Origin: a virus
Lineage: Duplodnaviria; Caudoviricetes
DNA length: 38,451 nucleotides
Virus record (IMG/VR): IMGVR_UViG_3300010376_000076
Span: 1-38,451 of that record
Direction: 5' to 3' (one strand)
Positions 26,484 to 34,257 of the stretch are shown here, piece by piece. Both the position numbers and the translations under genes were made by a program. Numbering within the stretch: position 1 is the first letter of the stretch; each line of letters opens with the position of its first letter. The notes under the pieces were generated by a model. That model saw only the letters and a list, made by a program, of their open reading frames with translations, was not told where the DNA came from and searched no databases.

Positions 26484-27080
26484 TTAGTCTCCTATCTGTG
26501 CTGTTGTTAGTGTGAGGTCTACGTCGAGAGAGTCCAGCCAGTTAGCTATGTACTCTCTTGAAACTCGATGGTTGTCGTTAAGGTGGATAATCATTTGGGG
26601 GATACAGTATGTAAAAGCACAGTTCTTCTCTGGACACTCATAGCTCACCCCGTTATGCATCCCCGGGAACAGTTCGCCTAGTTTGGTTGGGACCGTGTTG
26701 TTGTACTCCTCACCCCATTCTTGTAGAGACTCTAGTTTAGCGAGAGCTTGTAGAGACTCTTGTTTAGCGAAAGCGGTAGCGGCAGGGAGATTACTGTAAG
26801 CAGTATAATAAGTAGGATCTGGTACATAGCTATAGGGATCATTAGTTGGTATATGAGACTGTGTTGCCTCATCCCACTTCCATTTCTCATTATCCAACTC
26901 AGAGATATGTGTTGGCACCATCAGCCCATTAGTAGTATTAGTAGCATACCCCTGGAACATGATATTATAAAGGCCAGTAGTATGGGTGAACGTCTGCCCT
27001 GCATTAACTGTATGCTGGGCTACGATGATCCCGGAGCTATTCTTAATATCTATATACCACAGTCCATCTACATTTGCCAT
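26484..27080 (-). CDS. Hypothetical protein with C-terminal CP...C...HLND.H...RE.IA.WL motif
   Basis: 198 aa. C-terminal Cys/His cluster suggests metal binding. Confidence 0.7.
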   Translation of the reverse strand: MANVDGLWYIDIKNSSGIIVAQHTVNAGQTFTHTTGLYNIMFQGYATNTTNGLMVPTHISELDNEKWKWDEATQSHIPTNDPYSYVPDPTYYTAYSNLPAATAFAKQESLQALAKLESLQEWGEEYNNTVPTKLGELFPGMHNGVSYECPEKNCAFTYCIPQMIIHLNDNHRVSREYIANWLDSLDVDLTLTTAQIGD

Positions 27081-27835
27081 CCCGCAACTCCAAACAAGTA
27101 AGTGCTAGTAAAGTCCACTACCTCTTCCCCCTTTAGTAATCTTCTGGTCGGCTTTCCTAACGGCCCCCGCTCTTTAATACTGGTATAAATCCATTTCCCT
27201 GGCACCTCCGCACAGAATAATATACTGTGGAAGTTGTGAGCTAGCTCGTTCTCGTTGGGTGGGCCAGCCGGGTAGAATCCACATGCTTTGTACTGGGCCA
27301 CTATCGGGGCCGCAGTGTCTTTCCTGATCTCCCTGGCTCCAGCCACGAACAGCTTATGGCAGGGCATGTTAAGTATCATGTTAAGTAAGCCGTGGTAGTA
27401 CTTGTATATCACCCCCCAGTTAGCCCCGTGAGCCCCACCCATCCCAACCTCATGGTTCTCCAGGCTCTTCTGGTTCTCTAGGTACACATCCCCCAGCATA
27501 AACTCGTCATCCCCACTCATCTGCTGGTGGTAATGCTCTTGAGCCCACGTCCAGATCTTATCCGCCATATCTAAACAGACCCAATCATCCCTCCCCACAT
27601 TCTCCCTAACCTTTCTGGCCCAGCTTACGGCCTCGATGTAGTTAGAAATATGAGTGGCACGAACATTATCAGCGCAATCAGGGTCATAACTAGCTTGCCA
27701 CGTATCGTCAGTGTCTCCCACATACACAAGATTCCCCCACTGAGCAATAGAAAGCCACATGGAAGACTTGCCGCTATTACTTCTCCCATACCCTAATATC
27801 CTTTCCCTTCTGTTATCTTTAGGTCTCATTAACAC
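27068..27835 (-). CDS. P-loop ATPase, Sak4/AAA_24-like recombination (annealing) protein
   Basis: RILGYGRSNSGKSS (Walker A), WVCLDMADKIW (Walker B), WGVIYKYY helix, HKLFVA strand. Size and context fit Sak4-like proteins. Confidence 0.7.
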   Translation of the reverse strand: MLMRPKDNRRERILGYGRSNSGKSSMWLSIAQWGNLVYVGDTDDTWQASYDPDCADNVRATHISNYIEAVSWARKVRENVGRDDWVCLDMADKIWTWAQEHYHQQMSGDDEFMLGDVYLENQKSLENHEVGMGGAHGANWGVIYKYYHGLLNMILNMPCHKLFVAGAREIRKDTAAPIVAQYKACGFYPAGPPNENELAHNFHSILFCAEVPGKWIYTSIKERGPLGKPTRRLLKGEEVVDFTSTYLFGVAGWQM

Positions 27836-27838
27836 CAG

Positions 27839-28201
27839 TCATTGTTTTCTCGCCTTATCCCTTGACGACGCTTCCGGCCGCCCCGAACTGTCGATCTGTG
27901 CTGGTTCGTAGGTAGCCTCGAAGATGTCGGGCTTGCACGGGTAGAACTCGCCCTTGACCCCTTTGATGATCCAATCACCGACACTCGCCACCATTTTCCC
28001 CTCAAGGGTGGGGATCAAAATGTACGGGTCTGGATGGGCAACTAGGTTGCCGTCCATCAGGCACTTGTAGTATTCGCCACCGCACCAAAGAGCGACGTGG
28101 GGGCCTGACAGTCTGTCGGCGAACCGTATCGCCTCGATCTCGACGGGCTTCTTGCGGAACCTTTGAGGCCGCTCATATTCGGTGTTCTGCTCAGCCATCA
28201 T
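27839..28201 (-). CDS. Conserved phage protein of the RKKPV...TLEG...GEFYPCKPDIF type
   Basis: FRKKPVEIEA, IPTLEGKMVASVGDWIIKGVKGEFYPCKPDIFEATYE. Widespread family of unknown function. Confidence 0.85.
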   Translation of the reverse strand: MMAEQNTEYERPQRFRKKPVEIEAIRFADRLSGPHVALWCGGEYYKCLMDGNLVAHPDPYILIPTLEGKMVASVGDWIIKGVKGEFYPCKPDIFEATYEPAQIDSSGRPEASSRDKARKQ

Positions 28202-28472
28202 CCCGCTCCGAACTGTCGTTATGCGTTGATCTCAGTTCGTCGTGGGCGGGGTAACAAACCGTGCAAGCGAGCATCCCGCAGTCACATCCCGAACTGTCGA
28301 TCTGGCGCGCCACAACAAGGTCGAGTTGGGCCAGCCTCCTTATGGCGTCGCGGGTCTCACCCTGGACAATCGACCGTAGGAACGCTGAGGCATTGGGGTA
28401 GTGACGGTCATACCTAGACATGACGAGAGCGATGGCCTCTTCGTCGGGCACCCGCTCATAATCGGTGTTCTG
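27882..28472. repeat. Interspersed direct repeats at equivalent positions of two adjacent genes
   Basis: CCCGAACTGTCGATCTG exact at 27882-27898 and 28288-28304 (11-bp partial at 28208-28218). CCGCTCATA(T/A)TCGGTGTTCTG at 28169-28189 and 28452-28472 (20/21 identical). Confidence 0.8.
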
Positions 28473-28478
28473 TGTCAC
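28191..28478 (-). CDS. Hypothetical protein with CDCGMLACTVC cluster
   Basis: GTG28478 overlaps the upstream TGA. 95 aa beginning MTQNTDYER. Confidence 0.6.
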   Translation of the reverse strand: MTQNTDYERVPDEEAIALVMSRYDRHYPNASAFLRSIVQGETRDAIRRLAQLDLVVARQIDSSGCDCGMLACTVCYPAHDELRSTHNDSSERDDG

Positions 28479-28675
28479 TGTTCTCTCGCTTTCACGGCAC
28501 GATCGTGAGCGGCCAAGCTGCCCGGTCGCTCCATCAGGTCGTTCAGGTCTTCGGCGAGTCGGTCGGCGTCGTTCCATGCGGCCCGCAACTGGGTAGTCAG
28601 CCACAATAGATAATTGGTGGTTGTAGGCAAGGCGTTTTTGGTTAGGTAAGCTTCGATGTCGTCTAATCGGCTCAT
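28475..28675 (-). CDS. Hypothetical helical protein
   Basis: 66 aa, GGAGG RBS, ATGA overlap. Confidence 0.65.
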   Translation of the reverse strand: MSRLDDIEAYLTKNALPTTTNYLLWLTTQLRAAWNDADRLAEDLNDLMERPGSLAAHDRAVKAREQ

Positions 28676-29514
28676 TTCGCCTCCGTCACTGTTACCCTTA
28701 CCTGGTGACTTCCTTTAACCATGTGATCTTTAGTATCGAACTCACTCCTACTTATCACATGCCCACTCAGCAGCATCACCTTATTCGGGTACTGCTGCAT
28801 CAGCTTACTGATCTGATCCCGGAAGTACTTGAGGTTATTGTTAGCATCGTCCGCTGTCTCTTTACACCTCAGATATCCCGCAACAGCCACCTCTAGCTCA
28901 TCATCCTCCACTATCTCAGCCCCACCATGTAGCTGTGGGTAGTCACAGAAGAAGCTTGGGGTAACACACTTCAACTCTTCCTCCAGGGCCAGGGCTTCAA
29001 TCTCCATCACCCTTTCCATCACCTGCTCCCTGGTCCAGAACGGCTCCCTTAGCTCTATAGTGTCTATCTCCTCCGTCACTCTGTTAAACCTATGCACACT
29101 AGCCTTCTTTGTCCCCAGGCCCAGCATACATACACTAACCTGCCATGAGTACTTAATCCACAGTGGATCATTGAACCAGCTATTCCACCGGTACTTCTTC
29201 CACTCCTCTACACTCTGGCTTTTCACCTCATGCATCCCACCATTGTGAGCGTCCAGGTGCCCCACTATATTAATCTTAGGTGTAAGATGAAGCACGACCT
29301 CCATCTGTCGGAAGTGGTTTAGTTCGGGCTTTAGTTGAAAGAATCTATCCTCCGCTCTGTGTCCAGCCTCATACACTTCCACCACCTTCCCATAGGCCCC
29401 TTTCTTCTTCATCCCCTGCCTCGCCGCAGCCAGAGCCGTCAAACAGCCCCCGATCCCTGACGCCCTATACACAATCTTCCCGTCCCTCTCATGGACGATA
29501 GGCTCATCGGACAC
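28672..29514 (-). CDS. Cas4-like/RecB-family PD-(D/E)xK exonuclease
   Basis: YRASGIGGC, GH..E, IVGHLDA...HEVKS (D...ExK), YSWQVSV, C-terminal C......CDY, then a coiled coil. GTG29514 after GGGAG preferred. Confidence 0.8.
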   Translation of the reverse strand: MSDEPIVHERDGKIVYRASGIGGCLTALAAARQGMKKKGAYGKVVEVYEAGHRAEDRFFQLKPELNHFRQMEVVLHLTPKINIVGHLDAHNGGMHEVKSQSVEEWKKYRWNSWFNDPLWIKYSWQVSVCMLGLGTKKASVHRFNRVTEEIDTIELREPFWTREQVMERVMEIEALALEEELKCVTPSFFCDYPQLHGGAEIVEDDELEVAVAGYLRCKETADDANNNLKYFRDQISKLMQQYPNKVMLLSGHVISRSEFDTKDHMVKGSHQVRVTVTEAK

Positions 29515-29707
29515 GGCTCCCCCTGTTCGCCATCTGTAAAGCTTCCCTGTCAAACTGCTCTTCGCTCTTACCCCGGTACCACCACCGGGTTAGCTCCTTC
29601 TTACACTTCTCACACACGAACCTGGTAACCCCGCTACCTAGCACAATCGGAGAGAGAGCCCCCGTAGGGACCCTCTCTCCACACCCCGGCCTGTCGCACT
29701 CAATCAT
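29504..29707 (-). CDS. Small zinc-finger protein (CDRPGC...CEKC)
   Basis: ATG29707 in an ATGA overlap. Two Cys pairs. Confidence 0.65.
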   Translation of the reverse strand: MIECDRPGCGERVPTGALSPIVLGSGVTRFVCEKCKKELTRWWYRGKSEEQFDREALQMANRGSRVR

Positions 29708-29847
29708 GTCCACCATTCCTCTACATGACATTGACAGAAGCACTCAGATACATTGCAATGTTCGCAACGTCCGGTCTGGCATCGGGCCGAGACATACCTC
29801 TCAGCCTTCTTTAGTTCCCTTCTGGTGGGCTCTTCCCCGTCCATCAC
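29704..29847 (-). CDS. 46-47-aa Cys-rich protein (CQTGRCEHCNVSECFCQCH), absent from the ORF track
   Basis: Read directly. Overlapping start/stop at both ends. Six Cys including a CxCxCH motif. Confidence 0.7.
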   Translation of the reverse strand: MMDGEEPTRRELKKAERYVSARCQTGRCEHCNVSECFCQCHVEEWWT

Positions 29848-30185
29848 CGAGTGCTCGGCTGTAGATTGGCGATGGTCTGCTGAGCCATTGCTAGACGCTC
29901 CTCCAGATCCCTCACCTTTTCCCTCAACACCTTCACCGGATCCCTGCTCTTCTCCTCGTACTCTTTAAGCAGGTCCGGGAGTGAGGCTAGGGGGATGGTG
30001 GTGGTTTTGAATGTGGAGAAAAGGCAGGAGATGTGAACGCTGTTGCCACCTTGCAACACCCTTCTCCCTTCCAACCCTGCCCCATGCTGTATGGTGATGA
30101 AGGGCCGGTCCAGGATTTTACCACACTCCCGGCACACCCTACGCCTGTACGTCTTACCACCTTCTTTTACTTCGGGCGCTGTCAC
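29844..30185 (-). CDS. Zinc-finger (CxxC...HxxC) plus coiled-coil protein
   Basis: CRECG...HISC then a heptad helix. GTG30185 follows an AGGGGA RBS. Confidence 0.65.
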   Translation of the reverse strand: MTAPEVKEGGKTYRRRVCRECGKILDRPFITIQHGAGLEGRRVLQGGNSVHISCLFSTFKTTTIPLASLPDLLKEYEEKSRDPVKVLREKVRDLEERLAMAQQTIANLQPSTR

Positions 30186-30194
30186 TTTGACTTG

Positions 30195-30404
30195 TCCCCT
30201 TTCTGTCCGGTTGATAGGTGGACCGGAGAGGCATACCCACAACCCAACCGAACAAAAGCTATGGTCTCTCCGGTCCACTCCATACCCTAGCGATCTAGGG
30301 TATGGCGAAGATCTAAGAGACTAGTTCTGGGTTACTTTAGGCGAGAACCTAATGATGTCAGGAGGTGTACTTGGAGTATCCCAACATCAGCGCATCGCCT
30401 AAAC
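30195..30404 (-). ncRNA. Candidate structured RNA (leader or sRNA): three stem-loops plus an alternative/pseudoknot pairing
   Basis: Stems 30218-30230/30266-30278 (13 bp), 30280-30290/30295-30305 (11 bp), 30336-30344/30395-30403 with inner 30353-30363/30379-30389. Non-Watson-Crick positions are G-U only on the - strand. Confidence 0.55.
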
Positions 30405-30860
30405 CTGATCCTCCAACTCCCTCTCAATCCTACGAGCTTCGGCCCGCTCTCTTGCAGCCTGAGCCTTAGCCTTCTTCTCCTTCTGGAAATCCTCCCATGC
30501 CCCATCCACAATCTCTTGTGGCATGTACTGCACGGCCAGGTACTCTTCACCACTGTCCACGCTACGGGCGACAGAGAACTGCCACCCACTAATCGCCGGG
30601 ACCATCCCATACCCGTTCTGCAAGCTCTGCTTATGAGCCTGGGCCTTCCCTTCCTCTGCTGGGATCTCGTACACGGAGACAGTGAGCAACTTATTGTGAA
30701 GCTCCTCGTCCCGCTCGATCTCGTCCAGAGCGGCCCGGATTTCGCCGGTTTCACCGCCCCTGGTCTGCACCAGGAGGGAGGGGTTAGCTGGCTTTACGTC
30801 AATCTTCATCGGAATCCAATCTCCTTTTCTGTTCCGAATCCATCTCTCGACGTGAGTCAC
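30399..30860 (-). CDS. Hypothetical protein
   Basis: 153-aa ORF. Alternative start ATG30809 with an AAAGGAG RBS fits the upstream promoter better. Confidence 0.7.
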   Translation of the reverse strand: MTHVERWIRNRKGDWIPMKIDVKPANPSLLVQTRGGETGEIRAALDEIERDEELHNKLLTVSVYEIPAEEGKAQAHKQSLQNGYGMVPAISGWQFSVARSVDSGEEYLAVQYMPQEIVDGAWEDFQKEKKAKAQAARERAEARRIERELEDQV

Positions 30861-30886
30861 TATACACCCTCCTCCTGGCTTGTCAA
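30859..30886 (-). promoter_or_regulatory. Sigma70/SigA-like promoter TTGACA-N16-TATAGT
   Basis: - strand TTGACA (30886-30881) and TATAGT (30864-30859) in the short intergenic gap. Confidence 0.6.
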
Positions 30887-30893
30887 CGGATTT

Positions 30894-31673
30894 CTAGGCC
30901 CGCAGTTGATCGAACCACTCCTTCTTACTGACGTTGGCTCGGATTGTCGTGTTCTTCACGTAGGATTCCCCGTTGGTGGCAGTCCCGGACAAAACAGCAT
31001 CAGCGAAGGCACCCCACTCTTCATGCTCCATCGCCAGCAACTTAAGGTTAACTAAGTCCTCCTCCGGGATGCCCCCGTTAGTTGCAGGCTGTTGGAAGGT
31101 GGTTGTAGGGATCTGCTGTTGGATCGACTGGGCTGGTGGTGGTGTCTGTTGTGGCTGTACCTGTTGTGGTTGTAGTTGTTGCTGTTGCATCTCAGCCGTT
31201 CCCAGGTACCTGGTAGGCACCATGATCTGCACCTGAGTGTCTTCCCACTCTTTAGTCTGCTGGTTCTGTCGCTGCTGGATTACCGTTACGACATCCCAAT
31301 GGAATCTAAGCCCGACCCACAGCGCAGCATGGTACGGCCCTCTACTCCCGTACAGTCCCGTACTCCTTCTCCGTAGCTCAGCCTCAGCCCCACTCTTAGC
31401 CGCAGCGTCAATAAACCCGGCTACACTACTTCTAGCGTGGTACTTCTGATTCTCAGTGGCCCCTACGATGGTCTCTCCACCATCGTAACTGTGCCACCCC
31501 TTATCTGCACCTCCCACACTGAGCGGCCTGTGTACTACCTCCTCCCCATCGTCGGCCAGGGAGATTAGCTGTAACGCATAGTTCCCCCGGTCCTGCTGGA
31601 TAAAGATGGAGTCTTTTACGACCCCATCCCAATCCTCCTTCAGTCCACTGTCCCAACTGAACTCGTCTGCCAT
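30894..31673 (-). CDS. Hypothetical protein, possible ssDNA-binding/recombination accessory factor
   Basis: Beta-rich N-terminal domain, Gln/Pro linker, small helical C-terminal domain. Function inferred only from its position among helicase, nuclease and Sak4-like genes. Confidence 0.4.
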   Translation of the reverse strand: MADEFSWDSGLKEDWDGVVKDSIFIQQDRGNYALQLISLADDGEEVVHRPLSVGGADKGWHSYDGGETIVGATENQKYHARSSVAGFIDAAAKSGAEAELRRRSTGLYGSRGPYHAALWVGLRFHWDVVTVIQQRQNQQTKEWEDTQVQIMVPTRYLGTAEMQQQQLQPQQVQPQQTPPPAQSIQQQIPTTTFQQPATNGGIPEEDLVNLKLLAMEHEEWGAFADAVLSGTATNGESYVKNTTIRANVSKKEWFDQLRA

Positions 31674-31676
31674 TAA

Positions 31677-31805
31677 CTACTCCTGTCCTGTGTCTTCCGT
31701 CTGACCTTCTGTCTCCGGCTCTTCCTCTGGTGTTACTTCTGGTTCGGTCGGCTCTGTCACCGGCTCTGTCGGCTCTGCGTACTCTGGTTCTGGGTTCTGC
31801 GTCAT
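31677..31805 (-). CDS. 42-aa extremely acidic Glu/Pro/Thr peptide, absent from the ORF track
   Basis: MTQNPEPEYAEPTEPVTEPTEPEVTPEEEPETEGQTEDTGQE. ATGA overlap upstream. 15 acidic and 0 basic residues. Confidence 0.65.
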   Translation of the reverse strand: MTQNPEPEYAEPTEPVTEPTEPEVTPEEEPETEGQTEDTGQE

Positions 31806-31984
31806 TGTCCTAAAGCCTCCTTAGCTTCTTTTAACGCAACTAATGCATCCTCAAAGCTCGCTCGTGGTCCGAGGTCAATCCACATCTGGGTCCCCTGAGC
31901 GAACACTCTTACTTTATAGCTCCCATCCTGCAAGGGAGTTATCTCATAATGCTCCAACTGCGGTTCTATAGGCTCAATACTCAA
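31802..31984 (-). CDS. Hypothetical protein (~60 aa)
   Basis: TTG31984 after AGGAG, overlapping the helicase end. Confidence 0.55.
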   Translation of the reverse strand: MSIEPIEPQLEHYEITPLQDGSYKVRVFAQGTQMWIDLGPRASFEDALVALKEAKEALGQ

Positions 31985-33557
31985 TCCTAACACTCCTTCT
32001 AAACCATTGTGGCAGCAAATGCCCCCACATCTTGTACCAACCAACAAAGGTCTCATCTAACACATAAGTAGTACACCAATCTTCCCTGTGCCTTACCCCC
32101 CTTCCCACCATCTGTAACACCGTAGTCGCCACATGGTTATTATACCACACCTTACCATCTGGCGTCCTATAGTACCTGCTCTCAACCTGCTTATCCCCCA
32201 GACTCAGAAACGGTACCTTACATATTATCTGGGCTCGACATAGATCGTCGGGGAGGTCAAGCCCCCGTTCAAGGCCAGGAGCAACAAGTATACTAGCTGG
32301 ATTATCCTTGTACTCTTGTATTGCTCTGGCACGCTCGCCTGCCTGACGATATGTAAGGACTCGCCTCCCATTGGATTGAAGTCCAGTGTAAAGCTGCTCT
32401 CTAAGGGAGTAACTAACAGAGTGAATGAGAACTCTTCCGGTGGGTACTTCTCTGATAATATCATTAACGCCATCCCGGAGTTGTCCCAGTTGTCCAGCAT
32501 CGAAGCCCTTTCTAGTTACCTTAGCGATGGGCTTAACTACCACCTGCCTGTTCACCGGCTTGAACTGACTCTCCACCATCACTCTCTTATACGGCTCCTT
32601 CCACCCCAGGCTCCCTATTACGACATCTGGTAGTAGAGCAGCCATGAGGAGAAACCGCTTGTCCCTACTCCATACCCTTCTTTCCCCAAATCTGTCAACC
32701 CGGACCGGCTTAAAACTAACAACCTCTCCTGTCCGTTTTTTACTTCCCGCTCCACCAGTATACACCCAAGGCCACTCGTTACTAAGATCCTCTGACATGA
32801 TAGATAGTGTGTCTTGAAGGTTCCCGAGCCTCCTGATCTCCCGTTGCTGTGTGAGATCTGGGAACTCAAGAGATAACAAAGAAGATAGTGGTCTTTGTAT
32901 TCTGTCCAGGGCATGCTTACACCAATCTGCATATCCGGCCTGCACCGTTAGTTTCTCCGGGGGCCTGATCCCGTACTTCTTCTGTGCCCTCTCCCCCACA
33001 TACACCTCTACCTGGCCCATCAGTACATTCTCCAGGGTATCCGCCTCATCTAAAATAGCCAGTCCCGTGTTGGTGAATCTACTCCTTTGACCCTGCACCT
33101 CATTAAGCCAGTATGCGGAGTTAAGCACCGGCACCGGAGAAAATATAGCCTGTCGTTTTGCCACAGTATATGGACATGCGCTGATCTCTGGGCAGTAGGT
33201 GCAGTCTTGTCCTGCACAGTCTTCACAGGTGACTTTCTCAATCTGTATCGGCGGCTCGTAGTTAACTCTGCCCATTAAAACCCGGCTGTAAGGGAAGTCT
33301 CTGGCGAACTGTAGCTGTAGCTCCTTGTTATGGCAGACGTAGACGGCTCTGGTCTTGAGCATTCTTCTCACGACCTCAGCTATAAACGTCTTGCCCGAGC
33401 CGGTCGGGGCCTCTAGTACGACCATCCTGTAACCATCATCGAACGCTGAAATAATCTCAGTGATAGCGTCGATCTGATAGTTGTAGATGTCCTGAAACTT
33501 ATCAGGCAGCGTCGTTAGTAGGGGGTTCAACTCCCGGCTTACTAGCCTGTCTCGCAC
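31974..33557 (-). CDS. DinG/Rad3(XPD)-family SF2 helicase with Cys cluster (Fe-S)
   Basis: Q motif YNYQ, EAPTGSGKT, LQLQF, LMGRVNY, CEDC...CTYC....CPY, ILDEAD, LIHSVSY, GLDLPDDLCRAQIICKVPF, QMVGRGVRH.EDW, YVLD. Confidence 0.9.
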   Translation of the reverse strand: MRDRLVSRELNPLLTTLPDKFQDIYNYQIDAITEIISAFDDGYRMVVLEAPTGSGKTFIAEVVRRMLKTRAVYVCHNKELQLQFARDFPYSRVLMGRVNYEPPIQIEKVTCEDCAGQDCTYCPEISACPYTVAKRQAIFSPVPVLNSAYWLNEVQGQRSRFTNTGLAILDEADTLENVLMGQVEVYVGERAQKKYGIRPPEKLTVQAGYADWCKHALDRIQRPLSSLLSLEFPDLTQQREIRRLGNLQDTLSIMSEDLSNEWPWVYTGGAGSKKRTGEVVSFKPVRVDRFGERRVWSRDKRFLLMAALLPDVVIGSLGWKEPYKRVMVESQFKPVNRQVVVKPIAKVTRKGFDAGQLGQLRDGVNDIIREVPTGRVLIHSVSYSLREQLYTGLQSNGRRVLTYRQAGERARAIQEYKDNPASILVAPGLERGLDLPDDLCRAQIICKVPFLSLGDKQVESRYYRTPDGKVWYNNHVATTVLQMVGRGVRHREDWCTTYVLDETFVGWYKMWGHLLPQWFRRSVRIEY

Positions 33558-33708
33558 TAATCAGACTCCATGCCCAATAAGGTCCAGCATCCCCACTCTC
33601 CTGCCTCGTCTTCCTTATATTCCCAACCCTGTCATCCATCCCAGCGAACTCCATCAGATCGTCCGATAGAGAACTCATCCCCTTAGTTCCGAACTTCCTG
33701 GTCCTCAT
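33502..33708 (-). CDS. Hypothetical protein
   Basis: 68 aa, ATGA overlap with the upstream gene. Confidence 0.5.
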   Translation of the reverse strand: MRTRKFGTKGMSSLSDDLMEFAGMDDRVGNIRKTRQESGDAGPYWAWSLISARQASKPGVEPPTNDAA

Positions 33709-34139
33709 GCTATCACCCTTCTTAACTCTGATGCTACCATTGGATCATCCTGGTCTATAGCCATGCCCTCTATCAACAGTCTTAACTCTGCCCGTTGTAA
33801 CGAGGTCTTAGCTTTACTCCACTGTCTCTCGGCGCTCTCTATCAGCCTTCTCTGGGCATCAAGTAAGGCCTCATGATGCTCCATCTCTACTACCTGCATG
33901 AACACTTTAGACTCGCACATGATCCCTTGCTCGTGTGCCCTCTCCCAGCCATATCCGATCAGACTTCTCAGGCATTCAGGTAAGGTAGCGTAGGTGTTGA
34001 ACTCCCTGAGATGTCTATTAATCATCTGAATCCCGACACCTGGAATCTCCAGGCGGATTCGCTCAGACGTGCCCTGCGAATCTCTCGCAGCGTGGAATAT
34101 CTTAAGTGGTCCTGGCGCAAACTCATCCGAACCCCTCAC
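33705..34139 (-). CDS. Putative ribbon-helix-helix-like DNA-binding protein with C-terminal helices
   Basis: SERIRLEIP (alternating beta strand), helix, then YATLPECLRSLI, resembling the CopG/Arc/MetJ pattern. First gene of the helicase operon, next to the control region. Confidence 0.45.
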   Translation of the reverse strand: MRGSDEFAPGPLKIFHAARDSQGTSERIRLEIPGVGIQMINRHLREFNTYATLPECLRSLIGYGWERAHEQGIMCESKVFMQVVEMEHHEALLDAQRRLIESAERQWSKAKTSLQRAELRLLIEGMAIDQDDPMVASELRRVIA

Positions 34140-34155
34140 AGAAAGTGGCCCCGGT

Positions 34156-34183
34156 TTGACACGTATCCCCCTTCGGGTATACT
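34156..34183 (+). promoter_or_regulatory. Near-consensus promoter TTGACA-N16-TATACT facing rightward into the non-coding region
   Basis: TTGACA 34156-34161, TATACT 34178-34183. An overlapping leftward TAGTAT -10-like hexamer is also present. Confidence 0.7.
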
Positions 34184-34257
34184 AAGCATTGCCTGCTGAT
34201 ACAGGCGTAGGGTCGGAGCGTACACCCTGCATCGAGCGCCGTCAAGAGGCTGCTCAC

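Noticed and set aside
27882-28472. Short direct repeats as a mini CRISPR array
   Set aside because: Only 2-3 copies of two different repeats, irregularly spaced at roughly 80-400 bp, all inside reading frames.
30380-30392. CTGATG on the - strand as a hammerhead ribozyme core
   Set aside because: Sequence is CUGAUGU rather than CUGAUGA, and no correctly placed GAAA core was found.
31677-31805. Acidic peptide ending GQE as a Pup/UBact-like modifier
   Set aside because: Lacks the GG(E/Q) terminus and the conserved helical region of Pup. No ligase gene nearby.
28672-33557. Cas4-like nuclease plus DinG helicase suggesting a type IV CRISPR-Cas system
   Set aside because: No repeat-spacer array and no Cas5/6/7-like genes seen. 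Solo Cas4-like nucleases are common in phage recombination modules.
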